DNA from: Escherichia phage teqdroes
Reading direction: 5' to 3' (one strand)
DNA: 64,000 bases
Sequence record: NC_054932.1
Positions 57,272-64,000 of the stretch are shown piece by piece (position 1 is the stretch's first letter; each line of letters begins with the position of its first letter). The position numbers and the translations under genes are program-made. The notes under the pieces are model-generated. The model did not search any database. It was not told the origin of the DNA and saw only the letters and a program-made list of their open reading frames with translations.

Positions 57272-57469
57272 ATGAAGCGTAAACGCAGTGCTTTTACATT
57301 TATTGAATGGTTTTTCGATAATATTTTTCCGGCTTTATTCATTTTCATGCTGATTTTTGCCTTGGGTTCAGTTGTAGTTGGAATCTATTTGATGACAGTA
57401 GTCGGAATTGATATTCATCAAAATGGTTTAAAATCTGTGGTTGAAACAATTTGGAATGGTGTAAAATAA
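57272..57469 (+). CDS. small membrane protein, 65 aa
   Basis: ATG after GAGGAAAA; ORF-track start is TTG at 57251. Confidence 0.4.
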   Translation: MKRKRSAFTFIEWFFDNIFPALFIFMLIFALGSVVVGIYLMTVVGIDIHQNGLKSVVETIWNGVK

Positions 57470-57576
57470 TGAATTTACTAAACATTTGGTTTTATATTCT
57501 TATGTTTTACATTGGTGCAAATTTTCCATATTGGATGGGATGGTCAACAACTGCATTCGGATTTTATACTCCTTGA
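57469..57576 (+). CDS. hydrophobic micropeptide, 35 aa
   Basis: Not in ORF track; TAATG overlap. Confidence 0.3.
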   Translation: MNLLNIWFYILMFYIGANFPYWMGWSTTAFGFYTP

Positions 57577-57584
57577 GGTGAATT

Positions 57585-57800
57585 ATGAAAATTTTTAAAG
57601 ATGTAAAAGTTGGTGAAATTTTTTGTTTAGATAATGGTGATCAGTTAATTCGCATTTCACCTCTTAAGAGCACTAGCGAAAAAATGACAGTTAATGCTAC
57701 TTTAGCAAACAATAGTAATGAACGTTTCTGTATTGAAAATGATACTGAAACTTATACCGTAGAAGAGTTTTGGGAATTGAGCGTCGACTGCGACGATTAA
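57585..57800 (+). CDS. hypothetical protein, 71 aa
   Basis: ORF track. Confidence 0.5.
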   Translation: MKIFKDVKVGEIFCLDNGDQLIRISPLKSTSEKMTVNATLANNSNERFCIENDTETYTVEEFWELSVDCDD

Positions 57801-57806
57801 TTTAAT

Positions 57807-57828
57807 GGCCGCGTGTATTCATGCGGCC
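57807..57828 (+). terminator. weak hairpin (6-bp stem, 10-nt loop)
   Basis: GGCCGC ... GCGGCC; only TT follows. Confidence 0.3.
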
Positions 57829-57860
57829 TTGGAGTAGAAAATAATTTAGAGGAAATTAAT

Positions 57861-58319
57861 ATGAAATACATGACTGTTACTGATCTGAACAATGCAGGCG
57901 CAACTGTTATTGGTACAATCAAGGGCGGTGAATGGTTTTTGGGAACTCCGCACAAAGACATTTTGTCTAAACCTGGATTTTACTTTTTAGTAAGTAAATT
58001 AGATGGTCGTCCATTTAGTAATCCATGTGTGTCTGCACGATTTTATGTAGGTAATCAGCGTTCTAAGCAAGGATTCAGTGCAGTTCTAAGTCATATTCGT
58101 CAACGCCGGTCTCAGCTTGCACGTACTATTGCAAATAACAATGTTCCATACACAGTATTTTATCTGCCTGCTTCTAAGATGAAACCTCTGACGACGGGAT
58201 TTGGAAAAGGTCAGTTAGCTTTAGCGTTTACTCGTAATCATCATTCTGAGTATCAAACACTTGAAGAAATGAACCGTATGTTGGCTGATAATTTTAAATT
58301 CGTTTTGCAGGCATATTAA
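57861..58319 (+). CDS. hypothetical protein, 152 aa; candidate Ndd (nucleoid disruption) by position and size
   Basis: ATG after GGAGGAAA; immediately upstream of stp as ndd is in T4. Confidence 0.5.
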
Positions 58320-58399
58320 TGAGTAATTTCCACAACGAACACGTGATGCAGTTCTATCGTAATAATCTTAAAACTAAAGGCGTCTTCGGACGCCAGTGA
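58319..58399 (+). CDS. stp: Stp peptide, 26 aa
   Basis: [26 protein letters not shown], matching T4 Stp as I recall it. Confidence 0.6.
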
Positions 58400-58406
58400 G
58401 GAAAAT

Positions 58407-58562
58407 ATGAATATCGCAAAATTATTAGGAGTTATTTCATTTATTTGTTGGATAGTAGCATGTGTTTTAACTATCTGTATCGATGCCAGCAGTGTGTTTT
58501 CGCAAGCTTTAGCTCAGGGTATGTGTGCATATTTAACATTTGTGTTGTTATCTAATGATTAA
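58407..58562 (+). CDS. small membrane protein, 51 aa; candidate Ac
   Basis: Not in ORF track; GAGGAAAAT before ATG; position between stp and 52. Confidence 0.45.
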   Translation: MNIAKLLGVISFICWIVACVLTICIDASSVFSQALAQGMCAYLTFVLLSND

Positions 58563-58695
58563 GAAAATCTTGGGCTATTCATTAGCCCTTGCTATTTTAT
58601 TGATAGCGTTATATTACGGAATAATGTTCGGATTAATTCAAGTCGTGCTTTTCATTTCTGATGTTATTATGGCACTACATTCACTAGTATGGTAA
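58555..58695 (+). CDS. small membrane peptide, 46 aa
   Basis: Not in ORF track; hydrophobic. Confidence 0.3.
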   Translation: MIKKILGYSLALAILLIALYYGIMFGLIQVVLFISDVIMALHSLVW

Positions 58696-58699
58696 ATTT

Positions 58700-60028
58700 A
58701 TGCAACTGAATAATCGCGATTTAAAAAGTATCATTGATAATGAAGCATTGGCTTATGCTATGTACACGGTTGAAAATCGTGCTATCCCAAATATGATTGA
58801 TGGATTTAAGCCAGTTCAACGATTTGTTATTGCTCGAGCTCTTGATTTGGCACGAGGAAATAAAGATAAGTTTCATAAGCTCGCTTCTATCGCAGGTGGT
58901 GTAGCGGACCTTGGATATCACCATGGCGAAAACTCTGCGCAAGATGCGGGAGCTTTGATGGCTAACACTTGGAATAATAACTTTCCTCTGTTAGATGGTC
59001 AAGGAAACTTTGGTTCTCGTACCGTTCAAAAGGCAGCGGCGAGTCGTTATATTTTTGCTCGTATAAGTAAAAATTTCTATAACGTGTATAAAGATACTGA
59101 ATATGCTCCGGTACATCAAGATAAAGAACACATTCCGCCTGCTTTCTATTTGCCTATTATTCCTACTGTTCTTCTTAATGGCGTTTCCGGTATTGCAACT
59201 GGTTATGCAACTTACATTCTTCCTCATAGTGTTTCTTCTGTCAAGAAAGCTGTACTGCAAGCTATTCAAGGAAAGAAAGTAACTAAACCGAAGGTAGAAT
59301 TCCCAGAATTTCGTGGTGAAGTCGTTGAGATTGACGGTCAATATGAAATTCGTGGAACGTACAAGTTTACTTCACGAACTCAAATGAATATCACTGAGAT
59401 TCCGTATAAGTATGATCGTGAAACTTATGTGAGTAAAATCTTAGACCCACTTGAAGATAAAGGCTTCATTACATGGGATGATGCTTGTGGTGAGCATGGC
59501 TTTGGCTTCAAAGTTAAATTCCGTAAAGAATATTCTTTGAGCGATAACGAAGAAGAACGCCATGCAAAAATTATGAAAGACTTTGGGTTGATTGAGCGTC
59601 GTTCTCAGAATATTACGGTTATTAATGAGAAAGGAAAACTGCAAGTTTACGATAACGTAGTTGATTTAATCAAAGACTTCGTCGAAGTTCGTAAAACTTA
59701 TGTCCAAAAACGAATTGATAACAAAATTAAAGAAACTGAGTCAGCTTTTCGTTTAGCCTTTGCCAAGGCGCATTTCATTAAGAAAGTAATTTCAGGTGAA
59801 ATTGTTGTACAGGGTAAAACTCGTAAAGAACTGACCGAAGAACTTTCTAAAATTGAGATGTATTCTTCTTATGTTGATAAACTAGTTGGTATGAATATTT
59901 TTCATATGACTTCTGATGAAGCAAAGAAACTTGCTGAAGAAGCTAAAGCTAAAAAAGAAGAAAACGAATATTGGAAAACTACTGATGTAGTTACAGAATA
60001 CACCAAAGATTTAGAGGAAATCAAATGA
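58700..60028 (+). CDS. 52: DNA topoisomerase II medium subunit gp52 (GyrA-like)
   Basis: 442 aa; N-terminus MQLNNRDLKSIIDNEALAYAMYTVENRAIP. Confidence 0.92.
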   Translation: MQLNNRDLKSIIDNEALAYAMYTVENRAIPNMIDGFKPVQRFVIARALDLARGNKDKFHKLASIAGGVADLGYHHGENSAQDAGALMANTWNNNFPLLDGQGNFGSRTVQKAAASRYIFARISKNFYNVYKDTEYAPVHQDKEHIPPAFYLPIIPTVLLNGVSGIATGYATYILPHSVSSVKKAVLQAIQGKKVTKPKVEFPEFRGEVVEIDGQYEIRGTYKFTSRTQMNITEIPYKYDRETYVSKILDPLEDKGFITWDDACGEHGFGFKVKFRKEYSLSDNEEERHAKIMKDFGLIERRSQNITVINEKGKLQVYDNVVDLIKDFVEVRKTYVQKRIDNKIKETESAFRLAFAKAHFIKKVISGEIVVQGKTRKELTEELSKIEMYSSYVDKLVGMNIFHMTSDEAKKLAEEAKAKKEENEYWKTTDVVTEYTKDLEEIK

Positions 60029-60174
60029 GTCCATTCATAGGTATTACAAGCGCTGCATTAGTATCCGGTAGCATTTTACTGGCGGGTTTAGGTGTTGTTC
60101 CAGCCGTAGCAGGAGGTCTTCTTGCGTTCGGCATTCAACGTGTTATCATGACAGTTATCACAGTCATGCAGTAA
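60025..60174 (+). CDS. small glycine-rich membrane peptide, 49 aa
   Basis: Not in ORF track; ATGA overlap with gene 52. Confidence 0.35.
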   Translation: MSPFIGITSAALVSGSILLAGLGVVPAVAGGLLAFGIQRVIMTVITVMQ

Positions 60175-60179
60175 TTTTA

Positions 60180-60207
60180 GGGAGAGCCGAGGCTCTCCCT
60201 TTTTTTA
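60180..60207 (+). terminator. intrinsic terminator
   Basis: GGAGAGCC ... GGCTCTCC plus TTTTTTT. Confidence 0.65.
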
Positions 60208-60231
60208 TTTCAAAAATTTTTTCACAAAACG

Positions 60232-60261
60232 GTTTACAACCAAAGCATACTGTGGTACTAT
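60232..60261 (+). promoter_or_regulatory. T4-type early promoter for motA
   Basis: UP element, GTTTAC, 18-bp spacer, TGG-TACTAT. Confidence 0.6.
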
Positions 60262-60302
60262 ACAACTATCAACTACTGATACAGAATTACGGAGATTAGA
60301 AA

Positions 60303-60938
60303 ATGTCTAAAGTAACTTACATCATCAAAGCTTCTAACGATGTTCTGAATGAAAAAACCGCTGCGATTTTAATTACCATTGCTAAGAAAGATTTCATTAC
60401 AGCTGCAGAAGTTCGTGAGGTGCATCCAGATTTAGGTAACGCAGTAGTTAATAGTAATATTGGGGTATTAATTAAAAAAGGCCTGGTAGAGAAATCAGGT
60501 GATGGATTAATCATCACGGGTGAAGCACAAGATATTATTTCAAATGCAGCAACTTTATATGCACAGGAAAATGCTCCAGAACTTCTGAAAAAACGAGCAA
60601 CTCGTAAAGCTCGTGAGATTACTTCTGATATGGAAGAAGATAAAGACCTCATGTTAAAACTGCTAGATGAAAATGGATTTGTTCTTAAAAAGGTTGAAAC
60701 TTATCGTAGTAATTATCTTGCCATTTTAGAAAAACGTACACATGGAATTCGCAATTTTGAAATTAACAACAATGGAAATATGCGAATTTTTGGATACAAA
60801 ATGATGGAACATCATATTCAGAAATTTACTGATATCGGAATGTCATGTAAAATCGCTAAAAACGGTAATGTGTATCTTGACATTAAACGCTCAGCAGAAA
60901 ACATTGAAGCAGTAATCACTGTAGCATCTGAACTGTGA
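60303..60938 (+). CDS. motA: middle-transcription activator MotA
   Basis: 211 aa; N-terminus MSKVTYIIKASNDVLNEKTAAILITIAKKDFITAAEV. Confidence 0.9.
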   Translation: MSKVTYIIKASNDVLNEKTAAILITIAKKDFITAAEVREVHPDLGNAVVNSNIGVLIKKGLVEKSGDGLIITGEAQDIISNAATLYAQENAPELLKKRATRKAREITSDMEEDKDLMLKLLDENGFVLKKVETYRSNYLAILEKRTHGIRNFEINNNGNMRIFGYKMMEHHIQKFTDIGMSCKIAKNGNVYLDIKRSAENIEAVITVASEL

Positions 60939-60948
60939 GGAATAAATA

Positions 60949-61278
60949 ATGAACAAGTTAGAAATTGTTAATGAACTTCGTCGTTGTGCAGAACCTACAC
61001 AAGAGGGTTGGGACATCTGGTATCATGGAGCTTATCTTGGAACTATCGTAAAGATTAAGACTGGTAAATACATGATTATTCGTGAAAGTAAAGATGCTCC
61101 AGTAGGTATTCGTAATAATTTTATGGCAGCGATAAGTTCATTTACGGATGCAGCTTACGAAATTTACCTTGCTGATTATAAAGAATTCCAGGAATCTCAA
61201 CCGGTTATTCGTTCAATTGGTGTTAACAGAGCTCAGCAGAAAACTTTGTGGCAACGTATTAAAGGATGGTTTAAATGA
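60949..61278 (+). CDS. hypothetical protein, 109 aa
   Basis: ORF track. Confidence 0.5.
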   Translation: MNKLEIVNELRRCAEPTQEGWDIWYHGAYLGTIVKIKTGKYMIIRESKDAPVGIRNNFMAAISSFTDAAYEIYLADYKEFQESQPVIRSIGVNRAQQKTLWQRIKGWFK

Positions 61279-61736
61279 ACCCATTTATCAATCGTTTAAA
61301 AATGCTGAATGTTCCTTTATCTCGTGAAACTCCAGAAAGTCTTGTTGAAAAATTTAAAACGCATGGTTATAAATGCACAGAAGAAGATATTCTGAAAGAA
61401 GTTCCTGAAATCTGTTGGCAGACTGCGTACTGGGATGAAAACCAAAAGTATCAACGACGAATTGTCTGTGCAGCCAACCGTTTTAAATTAAAAGATGGAC
61501 GAACTCTTATTATTCCAGGTGCTCGTCATTATTCTAAAGATATGGCCGAAGTTTTAGATGTAGTTAAACCTCAATTAGTTACTCAACAAGTTTGTGATGA
61601 TGACCAAGGGTTTATTGACCAATACAGTAATTATTGGACACGTGAAGAAGCAATGATTATTGCAACTTACGCTGGACAAGTACGTATTGAACGTGGTGGT
61701 AGTGAAAAAGAACTTTACTCTGAGGACCTTTACTAA
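61275..61736 (+). CDS. hypothetical protein, 153 aa
   Basis: ORF track. Confidence 0.5.
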   Translation: MNPFINRLKMLNVPLSRETPESLVEKFKTHGYKCTEEDILKEVPEICWQTAYWDENQKYQRRIVCAANRFKLKDGRTLIIPGARHYSKDMAEVLDVVKPQLVTQQVCDDDQGFIDQYSNYWTREEAMIIATYAGQVRIERGGSEKELYSEDLY

Positions 61737-62032
61737 TGAATATTAAAAAGTTTCAAATCGATGGAATTATGAATCAAATCCAGGCACTGGAATATGCCAA
61801 TAAAATGATGTCAACTAATTGGGGAATTTATGCGAATGAGCCGGCATTTAAATTTTGTGATATGGAATTTGCCAAAAAGCTTGTAGGAAAAGATTATGTA
61901 TGTCCATTTAGTTCTCCAGTAAATGGAATGCTAAAACCTGCTTTACGCGATCTTTATATTGCGATGAACGAAGAAATGATAAAAGAATTAAAACGTCAAC
62001 TGAAGGTGATTCAATTTGGCCAGGGAAATTAA
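61736..62032 (+). CDS. hypothetical protein, 98 aa
   Basis: ORF track. Confidence 0.5.
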   Translation: MNIKKFQIDGIMNQIQALEYANKMMSTNWGIYANEPAFKFCDMEFAKKLVGKDYVCPFSSPVNGMLKPALRDLYIAMNEEMIKELKRQLKVIQFGQGN

Positions 62033-62234
62033 TTCAAAATCTGATTATTTTAATTCTCTCAATGATAAAGATAAAAATCTAATACGGCATTTTATTGTTG
62101 AGATGGGATATACCGATACACGCGATTTAAGAGAACATATATTTGAATGCGGTGTAGCTAAAAAGTTTTCATTCACATGCAAATGTTTGAGAGAGGTAAT
62201 TCAGCACTATGAACAATTTAGTCGCAAAACATAA
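62016..62234 (+). CDS. hypothetical protein, start uncertain (TTG)
   Basis: ORF track; first codon TTG preceded by AAGGTGA. Confidence 0.35.
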   Translation: MAREINSKSDYFNSLNDKDKNLIRHFIVEMGYTDTRDLREHIFECGVAKKFSFTCKCLREVIQHYEQFSRKT

Positions 62235-62317
62235 TTTCAATAAAGCTTCTGTTCATAAGGATAAGAAGAAAGCGTTTAAAGAATCTAATCGCAAACAGAA
62301 ACATAAGGGGAAGGTCT

Positions 62318-62596
62318 ATGATTATTGATTCTCAGTCTGTGGTTCAATACACAATCAAAATTGATATTCTAGAAAAGCTATATAAGTTTCTACCAAATTT
62401 ATACCACTCAATTGTTAATGAATTAGTTGAAGAACTACATCTTGAGAATAATGATTTCTTGATTGGAACTTATAAAGACCTCTCAAAAGCAGGGTATTTT
62501 TACGTAATTCCAGCTCCAGGAAAAAGTATTGATGATGTATTAAAAACTATAATGATTTATGTCCATGATTATGAAATTGAAGATTATTTCGAATGA
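62318..62596 (+). CDS. arn: Arn, inhibitor of McrBC restriction
   Basis: 92 aa; position next to asiA as in T4. Confidence 0.75.
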   Translation: MIIDSQSVVQYTIKIDILEKLYKFLPNLYHSIVNELVEELHLENNDFLIGTYKDLSKAGYFYVIPAPGKSIDDVLKTIMIYVHDYEIEDYFE

Positions 62597-62745
62597 GTCA
62601 TAATCTTGAAAAGGTAATCGAGCATAATGTAGCTCAGGAACGTAAGTCGTTCAAGGAATTCGTAGAAAAAATTTTTGAAGAAAATAACACAGACCAGTTT
62701 ACAAATCAAGCGTCTGATGATATTATAACAAAGTCAACTAATTGA
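62593..62745 (+). CDS. small hypothetical protein, 50 aa
   Basis: Not in ORF track; ATGA overlap with arn. Confidence 0.35.
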   Translation: MSHNLEKVIEHNVAQERKSFKEFVEKIFEENNTDQFTNQASDDIITKSTN

Positions 62746-62757
62746 GTGGTATAGTTA

Positions 62758-63030
62758 ATGAATAAAAACATTGATACAGTTCGTGAAATTATTACTGTTG
62801 CGTCTATTTTGATTAAATTTTCCAGAGAAGATATTGTTGAAAATCGTGCTAATTTTATTGCATTTCTGAATGAGATTGGAGTAACGCATGAAGGTAGAAA
62901 ATTAAATCAGAATTCATTCCGTAAAATTGTTTCTGAATTAACTCAAGAAGATAAGAAAACCCTCATCGACGAATTCAACGAGGGTTTTGAGGGTGTATAT
63001 CGATATCTAGAGATGTATACGAACAAATAA
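62758..63030 (+). CDS. asiA: anti-sigma70 factor AsiA
   Basis: 90 aa; MNKNIDTVREIITVASILIKFSREDIVENRANFIAFLNEIG matches T4 AsiA. Confidence 0.9.
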   Translation: MNKNIDTVREIITVASILIKFSREDIVENRANFIAFLNEIGVTHEGRKLNQNSFRKIVSELTQEDKKTLIDEFNEGFEGVYRYLEMYTNK

Positions 63031-63687
63031 TTATTTAGCCCTTCCTAATATTCTGGCCGCCTGAGCACATATTGATTCAAGGCGGTCATTACTTATATGA
63101 TCATTTCTATACCAGTACATGGTTATCGTTCCAGCATAGATATTATCCAAATTAAAATATGGACAACTGTACATGTAGTTTATTTCGGGAGTAGGCTTTT
63201 TAGTTGGTAAAAAAGCAAATTTTGAGTCAGAATAATAATGACGTCCATTTAAATGAACTGTATATTCATCCATAGTTTTATCAACAGGATATCCTCCAAG
63301 TGATTTTTCAGTTATTGTTGAAGGTAATCTTCCTTCGTATGCTATAATATCAACAAAATAGTTTAAGTTTTTAGGGCGGAAAGAATACACCGCACTAAAG
63401 TCTGCCTCAGATGATATATGAACTATCTGGAGTTGTTCCAGGGCGACAGATTCAAAGCGTGCATTTCTTTCCTTTTCAATAATTTCACTGTATGTTTCAT
63501 ACTTTGATTGCTTATAGTACTCAAAGAAACTATCTCCCCTATACCAAACAATCGCCATCATAAATAAAAGAATTACGACAGCTACCCGGGAAGCAAGAAC
63601 CTTCCCAGTAGCGTTATCTTTGAACAAGCGATCTAGAACACCAAACAGAATATCAGAGGGCGAAAATGATATTCTAGGTGCTGCCAT
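63031..63687 (-). CDS. t: holin T
   Basis: 218 aa; MAAPRISFSPSDILFGVLDRLFKDNATGKVLASRVAVVILLF matches T4 holin. Confidence 0.92.
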   Translation of the reverse strand: MAAPRISFSPSDILFGVLDRLFKDNATGKVLASRVAVVILLFMMAIVWYRGDSFFEYYKQSKYETYSEIIEKERNARFESVALEQLQIVHISSEADFSAVYSFRPKNLNYFVDIIAYEGRLPSTITEKSLGGYPVDKTMDEYTVHLNGRHYYSDSKFAFLPTKKPTPEINYMYSCPYFNLDNIYAGTITMYWYRNDHISNDRLESICAQAARILGRAK

Positions 63688-63704
63688 AGACCCTCCTTTT
63701 AAGA

Positions 63705-63712
63705 TATTTATA
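63705..63712 (-). promoter_or_regulatory. late promoter TATAAATA for gene t
   Basis: Exact TATAAATA on the minus strand about 17 nt upstream of the t ATG, overlapping the stop of the upstream gene. Confidence 0.6.
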
Positions 63713-64000
63713 CGTAATGCTTGAATAAACGCTTATACCAAGGTTTCCGTTCTTTTTCAGGCCATGAAGGGAATTCACCACCTAAATGCTCATGCTTTTC
63801 TAAAAGAGCAAAGAACCGCTTAAGGTTTTTATAATAAAATTTTTCCTTTTTATTGGCGACAGAAGCTTCAATCATATTATTTAAAACTTGGAACTCTTTA
63901 TATAATTCTTCAATTTTTCTATTACGAATTAAAACTCGCTTATATGTTTCGTCTTCTTTCCAACCGTCATCAGTCCATATATCAAATTCGCCAGGCTCAT
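63708..64000 (-). CDS. 3' portion of a late gene upstream of t (gene 38 position), partial
   Basis: Open minus-strand frame from window edge to TAA at 63708-63710. Confidence 0.5.
   Translation of the reverse strand, partial: EPGEFDIWTDDGWKEDETYKRVLIRNRKIEELYKEFQVLNNMIEASVANKKEKFYYKNLKRFFALLEKHEHLGGEFPSWPEKERKPWYKRLFKHYV

Noticed and set aside
57781-57828. Two adjacent hairpins at the end of the 57585-57800 gene as a strong terminator
   Set aside because: Stems are short (5-6 bp), one loop is 10 nt, and no U-run follows; kept only as a low-confidence feature
1-64000. CRISPR arrays, tRNA or rRNA genes, integrase, transposase or IS elements
   Set aside because: No spaced direct repeats, no tRNA-like cloverleaf candidates noticed, and no ORF with recombinase or transposase motifs; consistent with a virulent T-even early region
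63708-64000. Assignment of the partial minus-strand ORF upstream of t as gp38 adhesin
   Set aside because: Only about 97 C-terminal residues are visible and I cannot match them to gp38 from memory; left as unnamed partial late gene

Overview
This window is a contiguous early/middle-gene region of a T-even (T4-like, Tequatrovirus) myophage, read almost entirely on the + strand, ending where the late holin gene t begins on the - strand. Recognised by protein sequence and T4 synteny: nrdC, 49, nrdD, nrdG, nrdH, 55, alpha-gt, 47, 46, rpbA, 45, 44, 62, regA, 43, imm, 42, uvsX, 40, 41, dmd, sp, 61, 56, soc, modB, modA, srd, dda, dexA, 39, rIIA, rIIB, denB, stp, 52, motA, arn, asiA and t. All identifications are from memory of T4 proteins and from motifs read by eye; no database search was possible. 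The phage is not T4 itself: nrdD is uninterrupted (no intron), gene 39 is a single 605-aa ORF with no separate gene 60 or bypass element, no homing endonuclease ORFs were recognised, and the beta-glucosyltransferase slot between 42 and uvsX holds a different glycosyltransferase with GT-A-like motifs. Regulatory architecture is dense: about 20 sigma70 early promoters with an A/T UP element, MotA-box middle promoters, two TATAAATA late promoters, and many GGGCTTCGGCCC-type UUCG-tetraloop terminators. No tRNA, rRNA, CRISPR array, integrase or transposase was found. I did not find a single clear-cut novel system. The best candidates for undescribed biology are: the accessory cluster between genes 41 and 61 (including a 49-bp direct repeat that duplicates a gene 3' end), the GT-A-like glycosyltransferase, a Pol-beta nucleotidyltransferase plus P-loop ATPase pair near the window start, four tandem proteins with coiled-coil tails, and an antisense membrane ORF between 61 and 56.
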